Origin: Rhodosorus marinus CCMP1338
Lineage: Eukaryota > Plantae > Rhodophyta
Length of the DNA: 64,000 nucleotides
Direction: 5' to 3'
Assembly: GCA_029953675.1 (NCBI GenBank)
Contig: JAMWBK010000005.1
Span: 558,001 to 622,000, forward strand
A program made the translations under genes and the position numbers. This document shows positions 34,801 through 47,119 of this stretch, piece after piece (position 1 is the first letter of the stretch; each line of letters opens with the position of its first letter). The notes beneath the pieces are model-generated. The model was not told the DNA's origin and ran no database searches. It saw only the letters and a list, made by a program, of their open reading frames with translations.

Positions 34801-37320
34801 GATTTTGCCCAAAGTAAAACGTCCTTGAAAGCAGCGATGCACCGAGCAGCGATTCGAGTACTGCTTGAGTGTCATCTCTCGTTTGCCTCGTCAAATTTTC
34901 GCCCTACGGGAAGAAACGCTCTTTGTTACTTCAAGCTGGGATAGAAACTGCAACCGCATGGATTGGATTTCGAGTTGAACGACGTACATCGAGGATCACT
35001 TCTAGGGAAGACTCTATACGGCGCCCCTTTCGCCTGAGACTCCGTCTTACTCGAAAATTTCTTCCATCCAGCATCCCTTCAACCTATCGCATGATAGCGG
35101 GGCCCTCAAACGACAAAGCCTAGAATTCGAGTTTATACACGTTCTTAAACTCACCTGTACAAAGCCATTCTCGCTATTGTCATTAAGCATCTCTGTGCTT
35201 AGGCCAGTGACCCTCGTCCCATCCGGTCGAATATCAGTAAACCCAGTTAAGCACCAGAGCGGTGCGACCATCATCGTCGTTTTGCCAGCGGCATTACTAC
35301 TCAAGCCGGTGCTGCTAGAGTTCTCTCCAACGACAAGGACTACCCCCCGATTGTTGGCAGGGTAAGATACCTGGGGATACAGTGATGACAACAACCCAAA
35401 ATTGCGATTAAGATCGTAATCGATCCGTTATCTGAAAGATTTTTCAACAGTCCTAAACACTGACCAACTTCTCGAAGGATCCAAACCCTTGAAAGCTAAC
35501 TGTGACCAACTCCAGTCTAGAGCTTTGTCGACCCTCTGCAGGAACGACGTCGGAGTCGCTGTTCAAGTAGTCACCTATGATCCTCAACCCGCTTGAGACG
35601 ATCTCCTTGGAGCAACCTGGCAAGCAAGAGCGGAGACCATTCATCTTCCTGGATGGCGAGTCTGTCTCCAAGCTACCAGTTCGCATACCTTTGATATCTG
35701 CGTACTTTTTGAACACCCGCTCAAGCGATAGTGACTCTGCATTCTCAATGCGTGCTTTGCTGGTCGGCTTGGGCTTCCTCTTCAGCTGTAGCTTCGCGCC
35801 CTTTTTCACTACCTTTCTCACAATCGATTCCACGTCGTCATGTCCTGTCGACTGCAACTCCAAGGCCAGGAGATCGTTGGCACGGAGCAAGTCTTTCCAA
35901 TGACGAGACAGTTACAACTCGACACCGTCAGCTAAAAACGAACAGTTTCTCGAACGAGGATCCATTGAAATCATTCAATAGATCTGGACACGGTCATTTC
36001 ACCTATGGTCTTTTCAAGATGATCCATCGACTTGAGCCGGAAATGCCTCGGGCCAAAGTCTATAGGTATCTCCTGCTGTACAGTCCATTGACTATCCAAA
36101 ACGAGAAGTGCCTTGCTTTGGCCAGCCTCCGACAACGAAACTTGGTATGGTGAACCGAGGTATCTAATTCTTGTTCCAGGAATAGTCTGTGGTTTGTGAA
36201 AATGACCCGAATAGACCACCGCGTCTCGATGGAAAAGCCTATTAGGCTTTGCTCCCAATACTGAAACATGTCCTGGAGGAAAGTAGAACGGCATTGAAAC
36301 CCTGGCCTCAGTTACACATGTTCGCACCTGTGGGGACGGATAATTTCGCCTCTGGAAGTGACATTTTAGATCGTACCGTTCTTCATGTCTGCCCCGTATA
36401 CGTCGATATGGCAGAAGATGGCCTTGGCGTTGGCTGCTTGCTCTGAACCCAATGCCTTGCGAAGCTCAGCTTCGTTCCTCCTAAACGGCAGCCAGAGGGC
36501 ATCGAGAAAGAGCGTTGGTCTGGATAATACCATTACGCGGTCCTCACCCGCAGCCAACGCAATAGGTTCCAGCGCATTGAGTTCGCCATCGAACGAGACT
36601 TGGTCATGGTTGCCGCTGATCATAATCATTGGCTGGAAGTTTTAGAAGGTTCGCCAACGTAAGCTTTGACAGGGTTGAAGCGTCCATGACGATCTATGGA
36701 AGTGAACGCGTGTCTATTCTGTACCTGTGTCCATCGTGAGAATTCCTCCAAGATCAAGTTGAGAGGTTCTACCGGCAGATCCCCCCTGGAGTGCCAAAAA
36801 TCACCAAGAAACACAACGCCTGCTTCACGGCGGAGGGCTTGCTCGTGGACGTATCTCAGCACTTGAAGACACGTTTGGATTGTAGATCTCCGGACGTGAA
36901 GGTCTGTGAACGCGATCCATTCTCTGCAGTTTTTGAAACTCTCCGGGCATGTATCGATGACGTCGACACTTGAATCACCGTCTAGTGCGGCAGCCGAGTG
37001 CCATACCACAAATTTGCAACAAAATAGTTAGCTTGTTTTGGAACGACACGAATCCCAGCCGTATGAGCTTCTTGATCAAAAACCAGCGCTGTTCTGAACC
37101 CACCTTGAAACGGGTGCTGTGTCGCATTCCCGGTTTCCTTCGGGATACCCTCTCCCAGATCTGGTCCATGGCCATCTTTCTCGGTTACGGGGACCTTGGA
37201 AGCGACGATCCCACTTCGGGATCTCCTAACCTCGTTCTGGGCCTTCCTCAACCGATCCTTTCTCACAAACGTTGGACATCCGAACCCGATCCATGGAGCC
37301 AGAACGAAGCCAGCGACCAT
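31895..37320 (-). CDS. Single-chain SbcD-SbcC (Mre11/Rad50-like) nuclease-ATPase fusion with N-terminal organelle presequence, many exons
   Basis: Phosphoesterase motifs FTDLH, FLGDFWH, ISGNHDQ, CHIDV, YSGHFHKPQ and YLGSPYQ. These are followed by LELVTVSFQGFGSF, extended Walker A GENSSSTGLSSNAAGKTT, coiled coil, zinc hook CDKC (~33629-33640), coiled coil, signature LSGGQ and Walker B/D-loop IVFDESLLHLD. N-terminus MVAGFVLAPW. Confidence 0.9.
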
Positions 37321-37983
37321 TTGCGAACCGTCGAACAAGACTGATATCAGATGTGCATGTGCAGGACTTCACATGTCCATCTGGCACTAATCTGCTCCGT
37401 CAAAGAACTCTCCGAAGAGCTTCACGCAAAGTCCCTACGCCAAAAGAAACTTCCCAACAGCTCAAAGCTTTCCACCACTGTTTTTTCCGCGTGTCCCAAA
37501 CGTACGGGTTTTCTGGGACAGGAGCCGCGGAGTTTCCCGCCTCAAGCAAAACAAAACTAGCGAGCTGATATCCTGAGTGGACTACCGTCGATAGACCTAT
37601 CAAACTTGCTCTCTCCACATCCATATCTGATTGTGAGCGCCTTGGGTATACAGTTCTCTAAGAGTTTTATGGCACCCAGGTGACTGCGCGAAGGTAGGAG
37701 TTCCAAACGCTCAACAACAAGCTCGTTTGGGTAGTCCCTCTGGAAGAACCTTCGTGACCTCTTGCTGGATATCATAGAGCTGCAGCTCTGATTTCGCCCG
37801 GAGCGCTTCCAATTGCCCCCTCTCAAGAAAGGCATTGACGACTTCGAGACCGATGAGCGTACGTGGGACAAACGTGGGACTGTCCCAAAAGGAAGCATTT
37901 TTTTCTTTTTGAAGTTGTCAGTTCGATCGGTTTACGGCCGTTGCCACTTGCAAAAAGGTCGCGCTGGTTGAAGGTAAGGGACA

Positions 37984-39527
37984 ATGGCAGTGTTCGGCTT
38001 TGTTCACGAGACACAAAAACAATACAGCTCAGCAGGGATGGATTCTTACTGTACATTATTCTTCAACGTTTCCGTGGGAATACGAAGTACTCAGGGAGGA
38101 TGGCGGGGGAATCGACGAGTATCGATGCTGAGCAAAGATGTGGGACATCGTGTTCTTATTCTGGGAGGGACAGGACGTGTTGGACAGTCGATTTGTAGGG
38201 AACTACAACGCCGGTCGAGGCATGAATCAGTGAACTTAGATATATGCATAGCTGGTGAGCGTTAGGTTGGAGTTGTGGACCAGGATAGGAGGAGCCCCTT
38301 TGCTGATAACACCCTAGCTCTCACGTGTGGCAGGAAGGAATGAAAACGTCGGAGAAGAGATCGTGAGAGAGAGCCCCAGTCTGCAGTTTAAAAAAGTTGA
38401 CTACCGTGACAAGGATGCATTAGTTGCTGCTATGAAAGAAGTGGATCTTGTTGTCCACTCTGCAGGACCATTCCAACAGCGGCAGAGCGCTGAGGTTTTG
38501 GAAGCCGCCATCAGTGCTGGTGTTAACTACCAAGATGTTTGCGACGATGTCGATCACATGGAGATGTCGCGAGGTCTTCACAATGATGCAGTAGAGAGCA
38601 ACATAACTGCGGCAGTCTGTACAGGCATTTATCCGGGGATCTCCAATATGATGGCCGCCAAAGCCATTAGGGATCTCGATGTAGACCCGGAGCAAGTGAC
38701 ATTCGACTATTTCACTGCGTAGGCGAGCCCCAGAGCATTGCGTCCTCTAGACACAAGCTGTTCCCCTTTGACTTATCTGAGAAACATAATGTGTCGTTAA
38801 TTCAGTGGAACAGGAGGTGCGGGTCCAACCATCCTCTCGACAACGTTCCTTCTGTGCGGAGAAGACGTTAGAATCTATGTCGACGGGAAACCGACCATTA
38901 GGAAACCAGCCAGCGGAGTAAGAACCGTCGATTTCGGTGAACAGGTTGGGCACAAGAACGTATTTCTGCTAAATCTGCCGGAGGTCCTCTCTATAGCCGA
39001 GGTGTACAAAGTCCCTAACATCAGGTAAACTGAGATCAACCGTACTTCATCTGTAAGCCGAATCTCGCCCCGTTGCTTTCGGTGCTCACGTTGTCGCACA
39101 CACTTTTTTCAGCGCTCGATTTGGCACAGCGCCAGGTATATGGAATGTGCTAACGAGGTTTATGGCATACGCTGTCCCGAAGAACATACTCACCAACCAG
39201 GCACTAATTGCCAAGTTCTCGGAATTTATCGGTCCACTAGTCCGAGCTGTGGACGCGATTGTTGGTGGTACGACGGCCATGAGGGTCGAAGCTGTGGGAA
39301 CTGACGGTTCCTCGAGATCCCTTCTGTATGGCCACGAGGAGCTATCTGAATGCGTCGGTATTGCTGCGGCTGCCTTCACATGGCATCTGCTCACGAACAA
39401 GAATCTGCCAAAGGGTGTCTTGTACCCCGAGGAGCTGTTGAGTGACCCAGAAGAATTTGAGGCTGTCCTGGAGAGTGGTGTTAGAACCGCGTTCGATTGG
39501 AAAACGTTTACAGATAATTCCTTGTGA
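37984..39527 (+). CDS. Saccharopine dehydrogenase-like oxidoreductase, plastid-targeted (CPLD49/At1g50450-like), multi-exon
   Basis: MAVFGFV presequence; Rossmann VLILGGTGRVG; VVHSAGPFQ, YQDVCDD, GIYPGISNMMAA, FDYFTAGTGGAGPTILSTTF, LNLPEV, ARFGTAPGIWN. Confidence 0.85.
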
Positions 39528-42278
39528 TGAGATGTGTCTGCGCGACTTGATTCAGTGCTTTGAAGACCGAAAAGCGCGAAAACACGAAACATGCCCGTTC
39601 TCATATTCTCAGGCCCTTGCGTGCGCTCTCAATCTAGAACGTGCCAGCGACTGTTCCAGGTCGCAAGGGGGTGCAAGGAGCAACTGCCTGTGGCTGGGAC
39701 CTAAGTTGTGACCTCTAGCGGAATGAGAACTCAACAGGCTAGAGGTCTTGAAACGACAATTTGGGGCTGTTCTGTGGGAGTTTGACAGAGACTCTTTGCT
39801 GATAGTTTGTACGCCGATCGTCTGTATGAGTATCTCGCCAGCCTCATCGGCCGTCGCCACGGAAATTAGACCAAAAAAACAAAAGAGCCAGAAGAGCGAA
39901 GCTTGACGAGGAGCGGCTCTTCTCCGGCATGTCTTAACCATCAAAAAGGCCTAGCCATTCACTGGCGATGTCGACTGGGTATTCACTCGGTTTACCAAAG
40001 TGTGCCGCGGGAGGTGTATAAAGAAATCCGTGGAGATCACGCGCCAGAAACGAAGAGCATACAAAGTCATCCGTATATGGCACGGTACACAGGTTCTCCA
40101 TCCCAGAAGACCAAAAAATACCGACCCCCGTCAATCCCTCTCCTCAAATAGACTGGAAGAGAAAATCAACAACGAAACATAAGCACATCAAATGGCCAAA
40201 CAAATTTTCTTCTGCTAATTGAATAACGAACGCAACGAGAACGACCGCGTTTAAGAAAGAAAATTCTCACTTTCGTCCTTGATACGCAAATTCATCCCTA
40301 AAGCAAGAACCATTTCTTATGAAAACTACTTTAAATTCATATATAATTCAAATACGTTTGGTCTTCGGCGTATATTCCCAAAAGTAAATAAAAACGAAGC
40401 CTGCTAGAGCTTTTCCCCTCATTTTTAAGAATAAAAAACGTATAGTTCTAAATATGATGGATTTTAATGGAAGGAAAGAATAGTATTTGTTGAATTTATA
40501 GGCTCGGGAATTCGCTTCTTGGTTTTTACAATCAGTGAAACTGTATTTATTCGAATTGTTTTTATTAGTTTAAAAATACGGTGGGTTGTATAGTAAATAC
40601 AATGAAGAGATATCTTGTCGTGACGAAATCCGACTTTTTTATTCCAATATATTGTATATACCCACTAGATTTTTTTACCGCAGTGGTTCGAAACCACCTA
40701 ACTTTGAAGGAACTAAGAAATAATTTTTAAAATAAAGCTGTTCTGAAATTCTTTCGCTTGTCACATAGCAGGGGTGGTAGGTAAGAATAGTCTCGACTTC
40801 TATCTCCAAGTGTAGATCGTCCAGTTCCTCATTTTTTTTGTCTATTCTTATTCCGATTCTCTTTTCTTGACCCGTTGCAAAGTCTTTGCTTTAGTTTTAG
40901 AAAATTTCAACTTTTCTTATATACGAATCTACGGCCAGGCATTGGAGTCTAAGGAGGCGGGGGGGGGTGTTGCCCCAGAGAATAGCTATAGAAAACTATA
41001 CCCCAGGTGTGGAAGACCTTGGTTTTGCGCTAGAATACAAAAAAAGAAATTTAATGACAGAAGAGGAAATCTATTTTCGCTTGCCAGGGGTATAAATGCG
41101 GACAATAATGAAAAACAAATAGAGGGGTGATTTTCTATACTAGATGGATTCTCCTTTTTCAGTTGTGGTGACAAGCAGAGCAGATCACATGCTCCCGAAA
41201 AAGAAGAAGAAAACGAACCACATATCCGAGGATTTGGCAAAATGGCAACAGGAAGCATAAGATTAAATGACCCATCCGGAACAACGGGGGGGGTATAAAA
41301 ATCACAAAACACGTTAATCCGCAGTAATATACCATTTTTCGAAAGTTAGGTGAGAATGTTGGATGTCTTAGGGGGGTAGAATCTGGCAAAATATCGAGCT
41401 CTTTTTTCCATGATTGGGTGAAAATGATACCGCAGAAAGGCTGGAGGATTTCTGTGAGACTCCGTAGGGGGGAGGAACGGATGCTACCTGAAATTGCATG
41501 AAGAGATTCTTACCTGGGAAACAGTTGGAATTGTTTTGAATCATGGAGTGTCCTACGTCAAGGGCTTGTTCAGTAGAACAGTTCCCGAGGGAAGGGGGGG
41601 GTGGTTTACAAGGGTTGATTGAAATAGTGTCTGTTTTCAAGATGCTGACGTTGTTTGAGAAGAGGCGAGAGGGGTGGGGGTGAAGAGTGGTATGAGGATA
41701 GTCACATATGGGAAGGATCTAAGGTTTTCGGACAGAACAAGGATAGAAGGTGGTCGTGGCCGTTGAAAAATTTTGTGAGCTCTGATAAAATGAATTGTCT
41801 TTATCTAGGAAGTGGATGGGGAAAAGTTGGGTGGAGATGACCTAGGTTGAAAGGGACGGGGAAGGGGGGGTTGGTGAAACTGGCCGCGGGTTGGAAGAAT
41901 GGGATTTTGTTCGGTCCAGGGAGGAGGAGGACAAAAAGGATTTTTTTAGGGTAAAGGCAGGTTGTTGTCAACTGGGTCTTTTTCTCTTGGAGGGGGGGGG
42001 GGGAAGGGAGGGTGGGTAAGACAGCTGAGCGGCATTGTAAGTGTTTGGTTGTTTTGCGTGAGCGGTTTGTCTGGTTTTGGTTTTGTTGTTTTTTTTGCAA
42101 TCTTTTTTGTGGCCCAATGACACGAGGATGGTTTCTGCAGGATAGGATTTGAGGAGCCTGGGATGGAGTTTTAGCTAAAGGACTGGTTGACTGGGAGAAA
42201 ACAAAAAACCAGAAAAGGAAGGGATTTGTGTTTGCTTTTTTTTCCTTCTGGTGGAGTACGGAGGAGGAGGGGGGGAGT

Positions 42279-44086
42279 ATGGCTAGACGCTTGGGGACAA
42301 TCGCTTTTGGCGAGGACGAAAGGGAAGCTGCGGACGAGTTTGTACAGGCTTTGACGACGGACTCCCAGACGGAGTCAGTAGCGGAGACAGAAGGCGAGGA
42401 CGAATCTGGGGAGGAAGAACAGGCCCCAAGCAGAGATCAGGACTCTGAGGACGAACTTATTCCTGCGGCGCAGGTGTTGATGCTCCCTCCGGCAGATCAC
42501 TCTGGAATTGAGTCAACTATGCAGAACATCTTCTCGCTGGTACACTCTGGCATTGATTCGTTTACCAGCAGCTATGCATCGTCAGCTCTCGGGAATGAGG
42601 GAGTGATCTCGCAGCTGAAGAGACGCAAGTTCCTGGTCAGCAAGCAGGTCGAGGAGTCTTTTCGTACCTGTCCCCGTGACGTCTTCGTTCCAGACTCGCA
42701 GAAGGCAGTCTCTTATGACATGTCACCGTTGAGATTGACCGAGTACGAGTTCAACATTTCTGCTCCAGATGTGTATGCTAATGCGCTCGAGGTTCTAGAA
42801 TTTAAGGAGGGCGACAGGTTCCTTGATATTGGAAGTGGCTGCGGGCAGCTTACGGCTATGGGGGCAGTGCTCTGTGGGAAGACTGGCAGCGCTCTTGGAA
42901 TCGACTTGAGCGAGAAGACTGTCAGCTTTGCGAGGTCGAACGTTGAGAAGCTTAAAGTCGAAAGCCCGAGATTCGTTGAGAAGGCCTGTGATGTCGAGTT
43001 CATGATTGCCAACGTGTTCCTCCTGGACGTGGAGTCGCTGCCATCGAAGGACAATGACGGACGATTTGATAAGATTCACTGTGGTGCTAGCTGCCCGCCT
43101 AGTCGGCTAAATGCTCTTGTCGCATTACTTCGACCTGGTATGTGTCATGGGTCCCAGCGACGCTTTTCAAAATAGCATTTATCTGACAAATTCTGTACTT
43201 GTGCAGGTGGAAGTCTTGTTACTCCTTGTGGAAAGGTCATGCTCTTGACGAAGAAGCATATGAACGGATCAACGACTCAGAAGAATGTCGCAGCGGTAAT
43301 ATACGGACCGCTGATTGTTCCGAGCGATCTAGAGGTTATAATGCACATGTATAGGCTCTCCATTGGGAAGGCTTCTCGTCTGGAGGGGCATGAGACCATG
43401 ATAGAAGCTGACCTGAACGGCATGGTGGCAGTCGAGGAAGTAAGGGATTTGTTCATGAGCCATGAGGGCAGCGACTTCACTTTTGTCGTTGAAGAGAACG
43501 GAATGGAGTACAAAATTCCAGCCCACAAGGCTATCCTGTCCTCTAGGTCGGGGCATTTTCGTGCCCTGTTCAATTCCAATATGAAAGACTGTGTCTGTGC
43601 GAGCACCACACCCCCAGAAGAGTACAGCAAGGCAGACCTGATAGAGTGTCTGCGATACATGTACACTGAGACGGTGAGTCCTAGAAAACGTTACCTTTTA
43701 CAATGGATGTTTTGGCCAGAGTTATTCCTCATTCGTCGTGTTCAATGCTTTAGGCTAACGTTAAGGTGGAAAACTGCGTGCAGCTGCTACGCCTGTCAAA
43801 GTTTTACGATGTGTCCGCGGGAATCTTTCGACTGTGCGAAGAGGTATTGTACTCCAGCCTGGACACGTCAAATGCAGCTAGTATTCTTCACTTGAGTAAT
43901 TGGTACTCTTGTGAAAGCCTGAAGAACTGTACCACACAGTTCATACTGGACAACCTGGATGAAGTTCGTCGTTCGGAAGATTGGAGTCACCTCGATCGCG
44001 ATGTCGTCGAGGACGTTCTGATAGAGTCCTCGAAACGGAACCACATGATCACTCACCTAATAAACTCTTTTAGCCAGAGTACATGA
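42279..44086 (+). CDS. Protein-L-isoaspartate O-methyltransferase-like (PCMT/PCMTD) domain fused to a BTB/POZ (+BACK-like) domain, 3 exons
   Basis: FRTCPRDVFVP, NISAPDVYANALEVL, FLDIGSGCG (SAM motif I), FDKIHCGAS, LLRPG|GSLVTP and YGPL. These continue into SDFTFVVE...IPAHKAILSSRSGHFRALFNSNMKD...LRYMYT (BTB) and NCVQLLRLSKFYDV...LDTSNAASIL...LKNCTTQFILDNL. Confidence 0.9.
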
Positions 44087-44492
44087 ACCCTTGTCCATAT
44101 ATATGTGCTCGTAGGTGTCTACAGTAAAGAACTATAGTTTTGATAACGCGGACGGCCGGGCTCTATCTCGTAGTGGTCAGTTTTCTCGGTGGTGAACCGT
44201 GTCCAATTGATATCCCTGGTTGCAGGTTACGCTGCCTTTGACAGCGCGCCACTTTACATATATCAAAACTCACAGGGGAATTCAACCCGGCGTGGAGGTC
44301 TTCAATGCACACATGAAACTTATGTGCAGAAAACTCGATACCCCCCGGGAATAAAATCTCGACTCTAGTTAGTCCACATCCACAAACAATTCCTTACAAC
44401 CTGGCATCTCTCTAAAAAACTCAGCAGCGCAGGCAATCCCAGCAATTTCCATCCGGATCCTTTGCTCTGCCGATACAGCGTTGTGCACGCAC

Positions 44493-45491
44493 CTACCCGG
44501 AACCGGAGGCAGGACCAGTACCACCTTTTCCGTCCGTCCGGTCTGCCTGGTTCGAGGCGACCAGCTGGTTGGTTATGTACACAATTCTCATCCACTGGCT
44601 CCTGATTGAAGCGGCGTCAGCGGAAATTTCAGGTTGTCCGGGTTGCTTCTTCAAGGTAATCTCCATTTTCAATCCATCGAAACTGAACCCTTTCTTGTAC
44701 GCCTCGCTGACGTCGTCAACAAGACCCTATCGTAGCAGACGGAGGCGTTAGAGGGCTTTCGCCGACGACTAGGAGGAGGCATAGGAATTACCTGCAACGA
44801 CGGAACAAGCTCATCCTTCGGCACGGTCATATTTTTGTTTTCAGATGGAAATCGAAGCTTCTGCAGTGCCAGGTAAACAAGGATAATCCACACGTATCTG
44901 GTCTTCTTTTCGTTCTCATTCAACTGAATAAACTTGTTGATCTCCTCGGCGTTGGGCCCTTCGTAAATATCCTGCACCATATGGTAACCAGGCGTACGAG
45001 GCGATTGGTTAGTCAAAAGTTGAACGCAAACTATGCGACTACGAGTTGCGCGCACCTTCGCCATAGAAATTTCCATTTGCAATGCAGGAATGCTAAATCC
45101 TTTCTTGTAAGCCGCCATGACACCCAGGATAAAGGACTGAAGTGCGAGATTGTACGGCTCTCCCAAGCCTTTGGTCAAGAGCACGAACCAAACCTGCTCC
45201 CCAATACAATTGGCGGTGGAGACTTAACAAGTTCAGAGATCCGTAGGTGATCTGAAAGTACAGCTCAGTGATCCTTACCTTCCTAAAGCTCCCATCGATA
45301 ACCTTCGAAATCGTCGTCGATACATCGTCGCCTTTACTGTCACCAAACGGACCGAGCCCAGCTCCAGAACTGCCTTCCCCCAAACATCTCACCACCCTAC
45401 CCGCTCGCCTCGTAATCACCCCCTTGGACGACCTCACAAGAGCAGGAGCTTTTCTATGAAACGCTACTCCACCAACAAACCCTACAACCAT
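44493..45491 (-). CDS. Plastid-targeted protein of unknown function with an internal two-fold repeat, 4 exons
   Basis: Transit-peptide-like MVVGFVGGVAFHRKAPALVRSS...RVVRC. Repeat 1: AYKKGFSIPALQMEISM...RYVWIILVYLA. Repeat 2: AYKKGFSFDGLKMEITL...RSQWMRIVYIT. Confidence 0.75.
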
Positions 45492-45931
45492 AGTTTCCCA
45501 AGCCCCACCCAAACAAAAAATCGCCAAAAAGCCTTTTCTGTTGTTTGCCTCCCAAAGCAAACCAACGCTCGAACACCAACCCCCACCACCCCTCCACCAA
45601 ATAGCAACCTCACCAAAGCAAAGCCTACCTCCTCCTTATCCTCCCACTTCTCCACCTCCCCTCTCTAACTATACATCACCTCCACTCCTCCCCCATCTCA
45701 CACTCATCCATGAAGCCCAAAACCTAATGCCCCCCTCATCCATCCCCTCCAACCTCAAAGAGAGCTAATCACAATTTTCACATTTCATGGAGCAAAACGA
45801 CTCAACCCCTTCCCGTCCACAAAACAAACCTCCCCCCCCCCCAAAAAAAAACCAAACTAACTTTTAATATTAGAATAAAAAGATACTATGTCATTCAATT
45901 TAAACCTCAAAAACCATATATTTAATCTAAT

Positions 45932-46144
45932 ATTAAATTTCTTATAAGCCAATATTTATGAATAATTAGGACAGATGTTTTTATATCATTTGTTTAACTA
46001 GACCGTTCTTCCTTTTAATTTAATAGAAAGATGCAGTCCCCTCTCAACTTTTACGTTAATACAATATATTTCACCGAAAATTAAATTTCATATAAGCCAA
46101 TACTCATGAATCATTAGGACAGGTGTTTTTATATTATTTGTTTA
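45932..46144. repeat. AT-rich 65-bp direct repeat, two copies 148 bp apart
   Basis: ATTAAATTTCxTATAAGCCAATAxTxATGAATxATTAGGACAGxTGTTTTTATATxATTTGTTTA at 45932 and 46080. Confidence 0.85.
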
Positions 46145-47119
46145 TTATATGTATCGAATTAGTTTGGTTTTTATTAAATATTTATAGGTTTGATGAATAA
46201 TTTATGGAATATGAGCGTTTAATTTTAGGATACAATATTTTAATACGTTTTCATTGGATAAATTATTGATTGAGAGGGGGTTCACGGTCCGTGGAAATAT
46301 CTTTTATTCTAATTTCAAGGGCGATTTAGTGTTTGTGGAAAAGAACTAGATAAATACAGGAATGTTGAGCAGTGGAAAGGAATGAAAATGAGGATACAGC
46401 TGTCTTATTTGTTGTTGATTTTGGTAATATTTATTCCCCGCTTTTTTTAAAAAGATAAAAAGGTATTTTGTTCATACATGAAATATGGTATTTTTGTGGA
46501 TCTGTCGAATACTTTTGTATTTGATAAATTACTAAGATCTTCGCAAATGGTGGGTTGTGTGGCAACTTGGGAGTCGAGAGGAGGTTGGTAGCCGAAAACT
46601 AATTGCGAGAGGTAATCCGGGTTCCCCGGATTACCTCCAGACGATGCCTATCAACCTGTCTGGAGTCTTCCTCCTCAAATTTTTAGTATTTTTCCCCGCC
46701 TGGATTCCTGGTACTTCTCACTATCGATTGCACTATGGTGAGTTGCTGCAGCAGATGCCGCACAGCTTTGTATGCGGGAGAAGCTGTGCATAACCTGGTG
46801 CATGGACTGAGAGCCGCTGGGTTGTTTTCAGGGTTTCGACATTTTCAGCTGTATAGGGGTTGGCTTGCGAGTCAGGAGCTTGGGCACGTAGAATACATGC
46901 GGTTAAACGCATTTTCTCAATGACCCGTACGAGCGTGCAGAAGAGCGCGTTTCCGTGAGCAGGGTGCTTACTTTGGCTGTCTTGGAGTTTAGCTTCTCGA
47001 GGTGCAAGCTACGTTTTATTAAATACGAAAGCCCTCCAATTTCGCAACGGAACAACCTTCCTCCACAAATAATTACAAATAAAACAAACCATAGATACTG
47101 TCCAGCTCCCAACCGATCA

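Noticed and set aside
37350-37920. ORFs between the SbcDC fusion and the CPLD49-like gene
   Set aside because: Several overlapping short frames on both strands with no motif; better explained as a divergent promoter/UTR region.
39609-40134. Small secreted or membrane protein on the minus strand
   Set aside because: A signal-peptide-like stretch is present but I found no consistent gene model or family.
40683-40697. GTGGTTCGAAACCAC T-loop/B-box-like hairpin suggesting a tRNA
   Set aside because: The upstream sequence is AT-rich with no D-arm, anticodon arm or acceptor stem; at most an isolated B-box.
40200-42200. ORFs of 60-110 aa in low-complexity intergenic DNA (also 45456-45768, 48304-50816, 55251-56612)
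   Set aside because: They arise from homopolymer-rich, strand-biased sequence and show no domain signal.
46557-46923. Short + strand ORFs downstream of the SDR
   Set aside because: No recognisable motifs; they may be UTR or an unidentifiable small gene.
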